From contig JAKMXF010000015.1 in the NCBI GenBank assembly GCA_024704765.1, positions 34,529 through 98,528 on the forward strand: a stretch of 64,000 bases of DNA. Reading direction: 5' to 3'. The translations under genes were made by a program, and so were the position numbers. The notes under the pieces were generated by a model. It worked only from the letters and a program-made list of their open reading frames with translations, was not told the origin of the DNA and did not search any database. Positions within the stretch are counted from its first letter, which is position 1. Every line of letters begins with the position of its first letter. Positions 12,604-23,999 of the stretch are shown here, piece after piece. This stretch comes from Oopsacas minuta. Taxonomy: Eukaryota; Animalia; Porifera.

Positions 12604-14116
12604 ATGAAAAAATCTGACAAACAAGTTGCTAGAACCTTACCAGTCCTGATAGCATGCATTGCATCATCCCTGTCATCATTTGTTTGTGGATTCAGCCTAG
12701 GATATACATCTCCAATTGAGGAGGAGATTAAGAATATTGGAATCCTCGATGATGACACCTTTCCTGTTTTCAGTTCTTCTCTGTTCTTTGCAGCAATAAC
12801 TGGGGCGTTGTTAGGTTCATTAGTTACAGATTTGATAGGGTAAGAAGGCTCTCTTAATATTCTCTTCGGTACCAAACGCAATTGGTTGGTTATTGGTTAC
12901 ATGTGGATACGATTGGGTTGTAATGGTGATAGGTAGAGTTATAATAGGATTATCATTAGGTTTAATTATCCCAATTATCTCTATATATATTGCAGATTTA
13001 GCTCCAAAAGAACACAAGGGATTCTATGGTAGTATTTTTGAACATGCATTCATAATTGGTATTTTAATGAGTCACTTCATTGGGATATTTGTGTCATTCC
13101 GATGGCTTGCACTGGTTCCTGTAGTAGTGTTATTGTTTCAATCCCTGCTTCTCACATGGCAACCTTACTCTCCTTACTGGTTAGTATCCAGGGGGTTAGA
13201 GAAACGAGGCTTTCGTACCGTGAAGTATTTGAGAGGACCGAAGTACGATTTTCTGTCAGAGTTTGAGGAAATGAAGGATGTAGTCAAGGAAAATGCTACA
13301 TGGACATTCATGGATCGTGTTAAAAGTTTAATCTTCAATTTAGCCTATTTGAGGGCTATCATCATCATCTCGCTCATTATGGTCTTCGTGGAACTAACTG
13401 GGATATCAGTTGTAGCTTCATATTCGACGAGTTTATTGGAACATAGTATCTTGATTCATCCTAAAGTTGCGTCTATCCTACCTACAACTATTCAATGCAT
13501 TTCAGTCTTGATATTCACTTTTCTTGTTGATCGGATTGGTAGAAAGCCCCTATTGATAGTATCTGGAGCTGGTATTGCTCTCAGCCATGTGATTCTCTCC
13601 ATCAATTCATTTGGATTACAATTCTTCTGGCCACAGTGCACTCAATTCGAAACAACAACAAATTTCACTCACACTGTTTCTGGCAATCTAGGCGTGAGTG
13701 AAGATTTTTGCAATCATATAACCCTCATTCCATTGCTAGCTCTGGTGATCCTGAGGTTTATGTATGGACTGGGGTGGGGGCCTATACCGTTTGTATTGTT
13801 GGGAGAATCTCTTCCTTCTAAAGTTCGGTCTATATCCGCTTCTGTTGCTATTTGCGTGTTAACATTTTCAAATGCATTAACTCTCCTATTATTCCCATAT
13901 CTTGAGAGGTTAATTGGAGATTATTTTGTATTTTTGCTTTACGTTTTGGTGAATCTTACCTCTTGTGCTTTTATCCTCTTTTTCGTTCCTGAAACAAAAG
14001 GTCTAAATTTGACCCAAATTGAAGAGTTGTTTAAAGGGAAAGTGATTTTTCTTAGATGTAAAGTGCGAAACCCTTTTGTTAGAAGAGATGTATATGTGGT
14101 AAAGACAGATTGTTAA
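12604..14116 (+). pseudogene. Intronless MFS sugar porter (SLC2A8/GLUT8, Tret1-like) with one +1 frameshift
   Basis: Sugar-porter motifs GFSLGYTSP, DRIGRKPLL, GLGWGPIPFVLLGE and VPETKG. ORFs 12604-12843 and 12893-14116 join as DLIG-KKALLIFSSVPNAIGWLLV if one G at 12838-12840 is removed (503 aa). Confidence 0.85.
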
Positions 14117-16301
14117 TTTGTATTATTCTATTACTGTATTCATATGTTTTGTGACATAAATCTGTATTAAAATACTGCAATTGTAATCTTTTTGTTTGTT
14201 CTTTGGCGAGGAATGGTTTCAAGGTATGCTCTATTGAATTAGAATTTCTCAATCCTGAGATGTCGCATAACGTGGTTTTAGGGTTCATCATTCGACCCAT
14301 ATTGTTAGAATACATAGCTTTCTCCTTCTGTGTTCTGAATGCGGTATTGATCCAGCAAGTTTCAATTGGATCGGAGTAGATTTAGTGGTAACGCAATGTA
14401 TTTTGTAAAGTTGTCGGTTTTCATCTTAACTTGGTGAATAATGTAGTGTTTCAGTGATATAGTAGATCTGAAAAATTGGATTTGAGTAGTTTTGGGGTTG
14501 TTTCATGGCAGCCATTAATAGTTTTGATAGCCGATGATATACTGTTTAGAGGATAACTCGCGTCCTTAATTTGGTTAACCAACCACAGCCCTGAATACAA
14601 TAATTGAAATATTGAAATATTCGTAGAAACTCGCTTCGGCTATTCCGGCAATATGATATCTCTTACCAAATTGATGTAATCATGAATACGCCAATTGCCT
14701 ATTTATAGTAATTTTTACTTATTATACTAATATTCTGAACTTTGAATTTATTATGGGTTTCTGTTCAATTTGTCGCATTAATGTTACGATACATTAGACA
14801 TAATATTTTACTTTAAATCAGTTTTCCATAGGTTTGTATGGATTATTTATCAATAAATGTGTCCATAGCTTTAGTACAGTACATGTTGATCCCTTTTACG
14901 ATTTTGCTTTAATCAATTTTGTCCCGAAATATATTTGATAGTAAAAGGAGTAGTCAATAATCTTCTGTGTTAACAGTTCAAAACATAAAATATCACGTTT
15001 GAAACATGTTATAGAGATTTAAATACAAGTTGTAATGTACAATAGTTGGGCAATGATACGTAGTACTTGTTTGGTATTTAATAAGTTTCCTACTTACATT
15101 ACCTCTAAAATTGTTGGAAATTTTCAATAAGTGGTGAAGATTTAAATTTGCTCACAATTTTGTATGTTTGCTCAGCAAGTGTAATGCATAGGATTAGTTA
15201 TATTTTAGATAAAAAGTGTAAACTTGATAAGAAACTAAAACATGTGATCTTACATGTTTTTGGTTAACGAGCAAAAATATTCACTAAGTTGATAATCTAT
15301 TTGAATGATTATGTTTCATTTTATGTTTTGAAATACAAGCCAATTTTTCCAAAAAAATTAATTGAATTAGAAGAGTGTTATAGGAGAATACATTATTGGT
15401 AATGACATTCCAGAAGAGCTTTAAGTTGATATAACAGTAAATGAAAATGCGGTTACGTATTAAGAAAAGGCCCCTTTTGGCAAAAATTACAAGTAAATAT
15501 AAAGTTAAAGGACAAAAGTATTCGACCACTTACCGTATATAATACTAACTATATCAAACTATAATCTAATTACTCTGATGTATAAAATAATTATTAGTTA
15601 TAAAGCAGAGAATAAGCATAGACAAGATAGATTCATTTATGTAGATTGACGGATATCGATATTTTAAGAATATCTTAGTTACATTGGCGAATAAGAATAT
15701 AACAAAATATTAGCAATTCTGAAATGGTCGAATACTTTTGTCCTTTAATAATATATTTATAGCGTAAATATAAAATTATATATTCTTGAGTGGCTGATAC
15801 ATCTTCTATGTAGATATTAGAAAAAGTATCTTTGGATTTGATTTCTAATTTTACATTCGTCATCAGTCTTGAGATTTAAATGAGTTAAATTACCAATGAA
15901 AAACCTTTACCTTTGCATAATTGTTAATTTGTTTATTAAATATTTTACTCACTGAATTATGATCTAATAAACATCCAATATCATATCGTTTACTATTGTA
16001 TAGGTGGTTAGTATATCTTGGTTTAATTAATTACCTTCTTTGTGATATGTATCTTGAATTGGAGTGATAGGCCCTGAACTAATCTCGATACCACCAATGA
16101 TGAGGAAAAGGGAGACAATACAAGCAAGAAACTAAACAGTAAGGATGTAGCCGAAGAAGCGAAGAACGAATCAGAAGAAGAACAGGAATTATTTGGTTTA
16201 CTGAAAGAGTGCAATCCAATGCGAGCACGCCATAAATCAATAGAAATCATGTATATAAATAAGAGTAGAAATTGAAGTTGATAAAAACGTCTCTTTACCA
16301 T

Positions 16302-16499
16302 TTACAGTTGTGGGACAGACCCAGTCGGACAATTCCTGGCCAAGCCCCACCCTTTGGGACCTATTCGATAAAATGTACATAACCATCGAATGATTAAATT
16401 GGGGAGGTCAAAGTTTTTACATTTCGTGATGAATATTGTGTGGGTCACATGATCGAAAGCCTTCCGGTAGTTCAATAGGTGTGAGGCCTTCTTCTGCAT
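16302..16499 (-). mobile_element. LINE (CR1/L2-like) reverse transcriptase relic
   Basis: NYRKAFDHVTHTIFITKCKNFDLPNLIIRWLCTF...GSVPQ matches the D(F/Y)xKAFDxVxH...W...GVPQG RT pattern. Decayed coding-like sequence at ~16780-17030 may be an endonuclease remnant (weak). Confidence 0.75.
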
Positions 16500-18032
16500 T
16501 AAGGAGACAGGTGTGGATCATATCAACGAGTGCATGTGTGGTAGATTCATGGAATTTAGCCTTGAATTATGGAATATTTTTGATAAGATTAATGGTTTCT
16601 AATCAAGGTTGAAACTACTTTAACTTAATAATGGTCAACAGAAAATCTGTTCAACCAAATAATCACTTTTATAGAATCCAATACACATATAAAAACCATA
16701 AAAATATTTGTTTGTGTCCAGATCACTTCACGTGAGAACTTGTAATTACAGATATATTTCTACCATGATGCATAGCCAAATTATTTGGATCCAATACGAA
16801 AATCTCCTATTCACCAAATTTTATTGGTGAATCCGAATATTCGAGAATAATTGTTCCAATATTTTATCCCGGGTTTCAATCCTGGTAATTACTCTCGTGG
16901 TTCATTCCCGGCGGTGAAATGGACCGCCATCCCGATGTTCTAGGATTGTAAGTCCTAATTGTAAGGATTATCAGTTTGAATATTCCCAATCAGGGTGCTT
17001 ATATTCATTCTTCATCAAATTAGTTATTTGGCCAGTTTACATGCAAACGAACATTATTTATATTATGAATTAGCTAATCATAAATCTTCTATTTGTTGTA
17101 TTAGTGACTCTCTTCTTACTGTAGTCGGCCCTATAGTTTGAATTAGTGTTAGCTTGGTCCTGGATGTCGTCAGGGTGTTTTATGCACAATTTGAGTTTTT
17201 GCAATGGGAGTTCATTAGTTTTACTTTTTCGCTTTCCAGCAAGAAGTAGTCACCACTTTTTGTATTAATGTTTAATTCGTTTTCATGCAACCTGTTTGCA
17301 AACAATTCAGTATAATTTGTTGAGTGTAATCTGAATTTTTCATTGGAAGTAGTTTCCTATTTGTGTTTATATTACAGATCTTCACAGTAAGTTTACATTA
17401 TACACAATTTTAAACCCTTACTATAATAGCTGCATTTTGATAAACACGTAAATGATGGAGAATATTCTTACATTCAATGTGTGATTATGTTAAAACACTA
17501 ATTGACAAATAATGAATTTCAAAGAACCAAATATCACAAAAATGTATTGATGAAGTGTTAGTAGAATTAAAGTGAAAATGATAATGCAGATAAAGAAAAA
17601 TTTTGCCTACCGAAGATATTCATTTGTTTCTAGCTTAGCATTAAGTGTTGAGGTTAATAAACGCATCCATTCTGGCCATTACTTCACGACAAGGCAATCA
17701 AGTTTTTAACAAAATTTTGATATTACAATGTTGCGAATTTGTCAAAATTTCAATTATGATTAACTAAGAGTTGGAAATTCGGATTTAGACAATTATGAAG
17801 AATGAATATTCAAGAACTTGAAAATTGTTGGAATACTATGACTATGAGGACAATTCAAGAGGACTTTACAATTCTTTTTGTTTGTTACAATGTGATTGTC
17901 CAAAATGACAAATAGCAAAAAATGATGACAAAAATGTATAGGCAGCAATAGAAGAGGACTGTCTTTGAAAAATCGGACATATGATAATGCTGCGTGCTCT
18001 AGTGGGACATAAATAGTATATACAAGTAGTTA

Positions 18033-19313
18033 TTACAGATATGAGAATGCTTGTAGTTTGTTATGATCTTTATGGTCTACTGCTACAATAGTGAATACAT
18101 CATCTACTGCTATTCCACCTAGATAAGCGAAATCTCCTGGAGCTGGTCCGCTCTTACCGAATTTAGTAATCAGTTTCCCTTCATTAGAGAATATCTTGAC
18201 TTGAGAACAACCTCTATCTGCTAGTATTATATTTAGTTGTTGATCCATACAGAAGTACCAAACCTCTTCAACATATCTTTGTGTATAATACATCTAGTCA
18301 GTCTGCCTTGTTTAGAGAAAGCTTGTATAGGATAATCTGAGTTAATAAAACAAACGTATATTTCATCTTGTTAGTGATATATCTCTGATAAGAGTGTTAT
18401 CTTGCTTGAATTGAGTGATTAGAGATATTCTCTTTTCTTCATTCATCTCAGAGGTTAGGACTGTTAACTTCATATTCCTATATTCACCCACATAGATATG
18501 TGTATTGTCATTACAGATACATGATAGTTGATACTCGTAACATTTATGAGATTCCATCTTGATGGTAGATTTGTTGAATTTAACTATTCTCTTATCGCAC
18601 TGTACAAATATAGAGTCATGTAGAATGAGGATATTCTCTGGATAAGCCATTACTTCATCTTTGAAGTTAACCCATTCTCCATTTCTAGAGAATATCTGTA
18701 CTCTGTGTGTCGAATAATCTGCCACATAAATCTCATCATTAATAGAATCAATAGCTATACCACATGGATTATATAGTTGATTATCTTGATTGCCTCTGTC
18801 ACAAGAACTCCATTTCAGTTGAATAGGAGTGTTTTCTTCAAACTTTACAATTCTCTGATCACAACTAAACAGTGTATTGATACTCTCTCTCAACTCTCTC
18901 ACTTTACAATTCACTTTGATAAAAGGGATATCTATATTCATTTCTCTTTTCACTGACTCTATTGCTTCAGGTATCTTGTCAAGAGGATTGGGTAGAGATG
19001 GGTCTAAGTCTTGGAAGAGTTTTTCCAGTTCACTTTTACGTTTGTTTATCTCTTCTATCTGTTTATTGATTTCATTTCTTCTCTTGTTCATCCTTTGATT
19101 AGCTTCATCCCAGATACCTTCCAATTCCCTGATAATCAGCTGAGTCTTGTCTTCAATTAGCTCTTTCATTTCTTCACTGACTCTCCTCACGAGTGACTTC
19201 TTGCTATCAATCACTTCTCTCAGTGTATTCATTCTGTCCTGTAGCTTGTTAGGGACTGGCATCAAGCTATCAGGTTCACAGACAGGATTCTCGTTGAATG
19301 GTGCAGTAGCCAT
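18033..19313 (-). pseudogene. Intronless coiled-coil + NHL-repeat protein, two frameshifts
   Basis: Coiled-coil N-terminus, then NHL repeats (LYNPCGIAIDSINDEIYVAD; NIILADRGCSQVKIF; FAYLGGIAVDD). Frameshifts near 18366 and 18268 flank a stretch reading DEIYVCFINSDYPIQAFSKQG in a third frame. Confidence 0.85.
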
Positions 19314-19435
19314 TTCTTAGTTCTGTTTACTAAGCAATTAGTATAGAACTGATAATATATTTAGAGTGGATTATACCGTTCTCACTCGCTTATGCATATT
19401 GAATATCTAATTACTAAATGCACCATGCACTAGTG

Positions 19436-21756
19436 CAGTGTTTCCCAACCTTTACCAATTTAACGCCCCCTTATAGACTTAATATTTACAGAACGCCCCC
19501 TATTTAATACTTTATTGAATCAGTTTTTAATTACTGACTATATAGGAATATTAAAGATAGACTGATAGAGTATCTAGGGACTAATCCCAAGTATCATTAT
19601 ACGTTGGAACATGTGATCCTTGACTTTGGTGGCTCTTTGCTAGTTTGACTACATCCGGTTCTAACTGCGTCAGAAAGAGTCTCAAGTTGCCTCTTGTTGC
19701 TATTTCCAGTCGATTTCTTTGTTTTGTGAGCAGATTAACTACTGTGCTGAATCCCTTTTCGGCAAGATATGATGATGGAAATGCAACAAACATTAATTTT
19801 ACAGTTTGAAAATATGGGGATTAGCGTTCAGAGACTTCCTTCTTCATCCAGAATGCACTATATCCACATTGGGTGAATATGGCATTGCATTTGATATCAT
19901 TCTGCAAATCGATGAATTCTTCTTGAAATTGTGATCCAAAGTTTCTATATTTGTTCTAAATGGATTTATCACAAAATTAGAGATAACCGGTTAAATCTTT
20001 GAATCGAATCAACAAATCTTCGCTAAGGGAATCAACATGTGAACAGTAAATATGAATGTTGTCATCTCTAATGATGTTATTATTTACCATATTCAGTTCA
20101 CTTAAACAAGGTAACTGCCCAAATTCACGACGCGCAATATTCTGTCGGAACAAGGTTAGTTTACTTAAGAATGATAGAACAACGCCCTTCGCTTGAATAA
20201 GAGTAGTATTATTTCCTTGTAGCTGCTTATTCACTATATTCAGTTTCTCGAATATGTCAGCTAAGTAAGCCACATCAGTCCTTATCATTTTAACCTTTTC
20301 TGCCAGAGTTGAATCGTATTCTTCTAGGAACTCGACTATAGAATCAAACAGTTGATGGAATCGTTTCAAACAATTACCTTTAGAAAGCCACCTAACTTCA
20401 GTATGGAGAGGGAGGCGTTTGTAATCTTCATCATTGTTTTCACAAAGTTGCTGAAAGATGCGATCATTCAGTGAGTTATTTTTTATTTTGTTCGTAGCAG
20501 TAATCACGATTTGCAAAGACTGGTGAAGATTAGGTGTTAGGTGCTTGGCGATCAAATTTGACGATGTATGAAACAATCAATAGAGAAAACCTTCGGCACA
20601 GCTCGTTTCAGATGAGTTATGAAACCACGATGACGTCCAATCATTGAAGGTGCTCCATCAGTAGCACACGCAATAATATTTCCCATTGGTATGTTCTTCT
20701 CTTCACAAAATTGCTTTACCACCATAAATATTGTCTCACCTTTAGTATCTGTTTCTAGTGGCTTGGAGAAGAGCATTTCTTCTTTTGATACACCATTGTG
20801 AATATATCGTACATATGTCATAAGTAAGTCTTTATTGTCACGTAAGGTTGACTCATCAAGCTGCAAAGCGAATTCCGTTGTTTGTAAAACTTTACACAAC
20901 TGTTGTTCAACATCTATAGCCAATTCTTCAATCCTCCTCGAAACTGAGTTATTACTTAAGGGAATTGATCTAACTACACTAGACGCATCTTGATGCATGA
21001 CAGTAGATATAACCTCTCTTATAGCTGGAAGGATGATTTTTTCACCTATTGTATGAGGCTTTCCACATTTGGCGATTAAAAGAGATATATTGTAAGAAGC
21101 AACAAGACCATCGTCATTTTAGTAGTAATTTTGTTAATCATTCCATCTATGGAACTATGATTTGCAAACTGCTTGCTTAAAGTCTGGAAATATTTGAGAT
21201 CCTTGTCTTTCTTATCAGGGTGTTTCTTCGTCAAATGGCCGCACATACGTGAAGGTTTCATGCCCTCATTAGAGAACACTTGATTGCAAAGTAAACAAAA
21301 GGGTAATTGTTGATTAGTAGGTGAAGCGATGAAACCAAATTTCAGATAATCTATGGAGTATTGACGGCATTTTTTCTTGGGATTTTCAGCCATGATTGGA
21401 TATGCAAGAAAAATCGTGTCTACTATTGAGGTAATTAATGAAATAACATGGTATGATCACTTTTTATAACTTCTTTGTTAAGAAGCCGTCTGAACTGTTA
21501 ATTCAAAACAAAGAAACAATACCATTGAAAGCATTGATTGATTGTAAATGGTGAATACTTAGCTCTTCCTGTGGGCCCAACGTGTTAGAATTGTCATTAT
21601 GGGTAAACTGCACGAAATATTAATGATACAATAGTATTTCGCAAAATTTACAGATGCTAGAATAAATCTTCATCCAACGGCTCATTATCTTGTCAACGCC
21701 CCCTTCCTCCATAGCGCCCCGTGAGGCAAAGCAAACGCCCCCGTTGGGAACCACTG
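19436..21756 (-). mobile_element. hAT superfamily, Buster/Charlie-type transposon, 2321 bp
   Basis: TIRs cagtgtttcccaac / gttgggaaccactg. Perfect 8-bp TSD CACTAGTG (19428-19435 and 21757-21764) fitting the Buster nnnTAnnn preference. Subterminal aacgccccc repeats at both ends. Confidence 0.95.
19581..21393 (-). pseudogene. Buster-type (ZBED5/SCAND3-like) transposase, fragmented
   Basis: BED finger (CLLC...HLTKKH), QLDEST, ATDGAPSM, CFIH, HTEVRWLSKG and FPSSYLAEKGFS motifs across four ORFs; frameshifts near 21120, 20555 and 19980 plus a further lesion near 19825. Confidence 0.9.
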
Positions 21757-21932
21757 CACTAGTGGCTACATAATTATACACACTATGGAAGTACGACATT
21801 TGTGTACAGATTTTTGTGTAAATCCTTAGAAATCAGTCTAAGGTTTCAGCTCCCTTTAACTCGGCGAACTGAACACCAGTAGAATCTTTCATTTGCGATA
21901 ATAAATTGAATTTCTCTTCTTGCACACATATA

Positions 21933-22303
21933 CAGTTAACACCCGTTATCTCGAAACCTCCGAGGAAATCAAATTCTGTTCGAGATAACTAATGTTCTGT
22001 TAAGAAAATTCCAAATCTACTCATGTTTCCAGGGAATTTCAAATTCATATTTACATTTGATTCTATTAATTAAAAGGGTTTGTGTAACGGGCGTTCATCG
22101 TTCCGAACGATGAGCACCTATAAGTATTGAAATACCCTATACAACATCTAAAGCTCGCTTTTCAAAAATCCTAAAACCTAAACAAAGAAAATAATTGTAC
22201 TACAGTCAACATCCGCTATCTCGAATGCCCGTTAACTCGAACATACGTTATCTCCAACAGAAATTGATTTCCTCTGAGGGTTCGAGATAACTGATGTTAA
22301 CTG
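21933..22303. mobile_element. Tc1/pogo-type MITE, 371 bp, abutted by a second CAGTGG-type element end at 22308
   Basis: About 60-bp imperfect TIRs (cagttaacac/tc..gttatctcgaa.cctc.gaggaaatcaa), TA at both flanks. Confidence 0.8.
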
Positions 22304-23999
22304 TATACAGTGGAGTCTTCAAAACGGAAACTCCGAGAAGCGGACAATCCCTCTACAACTGCAACGGAATGAATTAGCAATCATACATGTAATACTTTAG
22401 CAATCTCCGAGGAGCGGACAACTCCCTATTACGGACATGGATTAAACATCATAGAGCATGATAGATTCATTTTCAGACAGATTCGGCACTATTTTCTAAG
22501 AAAAATTTTAGGTTGAACTTGGTAAAAGTTCACTTTCACGAAATGTAGGATTGCTAAGGGATGGTTCTAACTTATCAGGATTTTTGCCCTAGGAGATATC
22601 TCAATATTATAAAAAGTTCGGTGGTTCCTATCACTTCACTCTGAGTTACCTCTCCATATTTGGTGAGGTAATCTTAATTATCGTGATTCCTCAGAATATA
22701 TTCATATTTTCTTGTACTAAGACGCTTAGAATTTTCCGTCCCATGTGTAACTGAAAGTATTAATCAAATTTGTAAGGACTGTCGACTCTCCAATTCGAGC
22801 CATCAAACTAGGGGCATTGCTATCTCTAAAATTATTCAGTATTTTCTTAATAAATGTATACTGTTGGATAGGAAGTTGTATATGAGGAATCTATTGCACA
22901 TAGCGACATATTTCGAAAATTTCTTGTATTTGAATTTTACGGTTATCACATCTTTTCATACGTATATCCATTGACGTATCTGGGAGAGGGCGAGGGGGAT
23001 AAATATATCCCTATCGTATCAAAATGGTACACTTTCGGCCGACTAAATGTATTAGTAGGTATTAAACAATACACACAATACATAACATTTTCAGGACGAA
23101 ATGAAGTCACCAGATTGCTTTTAGAGAATTTTATCACCAAAAATTCCCTGTTTGGAAGTTCTGTAGAGTCTATTATTATTGCATATCCGATTACAAAATT
23201 TTACCATGTGATTTCAGGTTGTTTCATTCAAAATATCAAAAGTTTGTTATGATAAAGTTCGCGCGTTTCAGAGTTACAGTAGTGACCATGGATGACATAT
23301 TGTGCCAATGTTCACCAATAATTGACTCCATTCAACGTTATGGTCAAATCATCTTGCACACATAAAGTATATCCCCAACTTCCCATACCCTGATAATACT
23401 TTATATCTCCAAACTATCTCACTATTCTATCGTGGAACTTACGATTTAGTATTAGTATTCTATGAAAAGACCAAGGATTCTCTAGTCAGTATAGGCCCAA
23501 AAGTCTTGAGAGTTGAGAACCATGCTAATGACTACGCAAAGTTTTCAGTTTTGATAATTATCAAAAGCAATCATGTAATACGCATATAAAGCAAAAAACT
23601 ACATATCAGTATCTGATAATTATACAGAATAGTCTTGCATCGATGTTCATCTCTCATGCACCAGTAGATGTATTTCACTCAGCAAATCATTGCATTAACT
23701 ATCTCAGTGAAATATTAGAAAGTATGAAACATATTTCCCTACTATCAGCATACAAGAAATTACTAATTGATTACAAGGTGTCTCCTTGTGAATTCTACTC
23801 GTGCTCAGAGTCAGCTATATTAGTTTTTTACAAGTAAACTAACACTATACTCATTGTATATACGTATATACCGAATAAGCTATAAAATCTATGTTCTTAA
23901 TTGGTAGCTAAAGATTTTGTATAATTGAATAGTTAGATACATTTTGAAATAAGAGGTATATACATAGTCACAAATAATTATTTCTTACTTGTATTCGCC

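Noticed and set aside
12838-12925. Short intron explaining the GLUT8-like break
   Set aside because: The would-be intron encodes a conserved TM3 in the +1 frame; a single-base insertion is the simpler explanation.
14079-14560. Minus-strand ORF 14079-14315 and upstream coding-like sequence
   Set aside because: Overlaps the transporter 3' end, has stops upstream and no identifiable domain.
16023-16301. Ser/Leu-rich minus ORF and its acidic + strand counterpart (NDEEKGDN...EEEQELF)
   Set aside because: About 65 codons with no start or in-frame acceptor; unassignable fragment.
22500-23560. Possible decayed paralog of the LRR gene N-terminus
   Set aside because: Only faint resemblance (IIQYFLNKCILLD vs LIKLLLKNCSSID), many stops, no LRR consensus.
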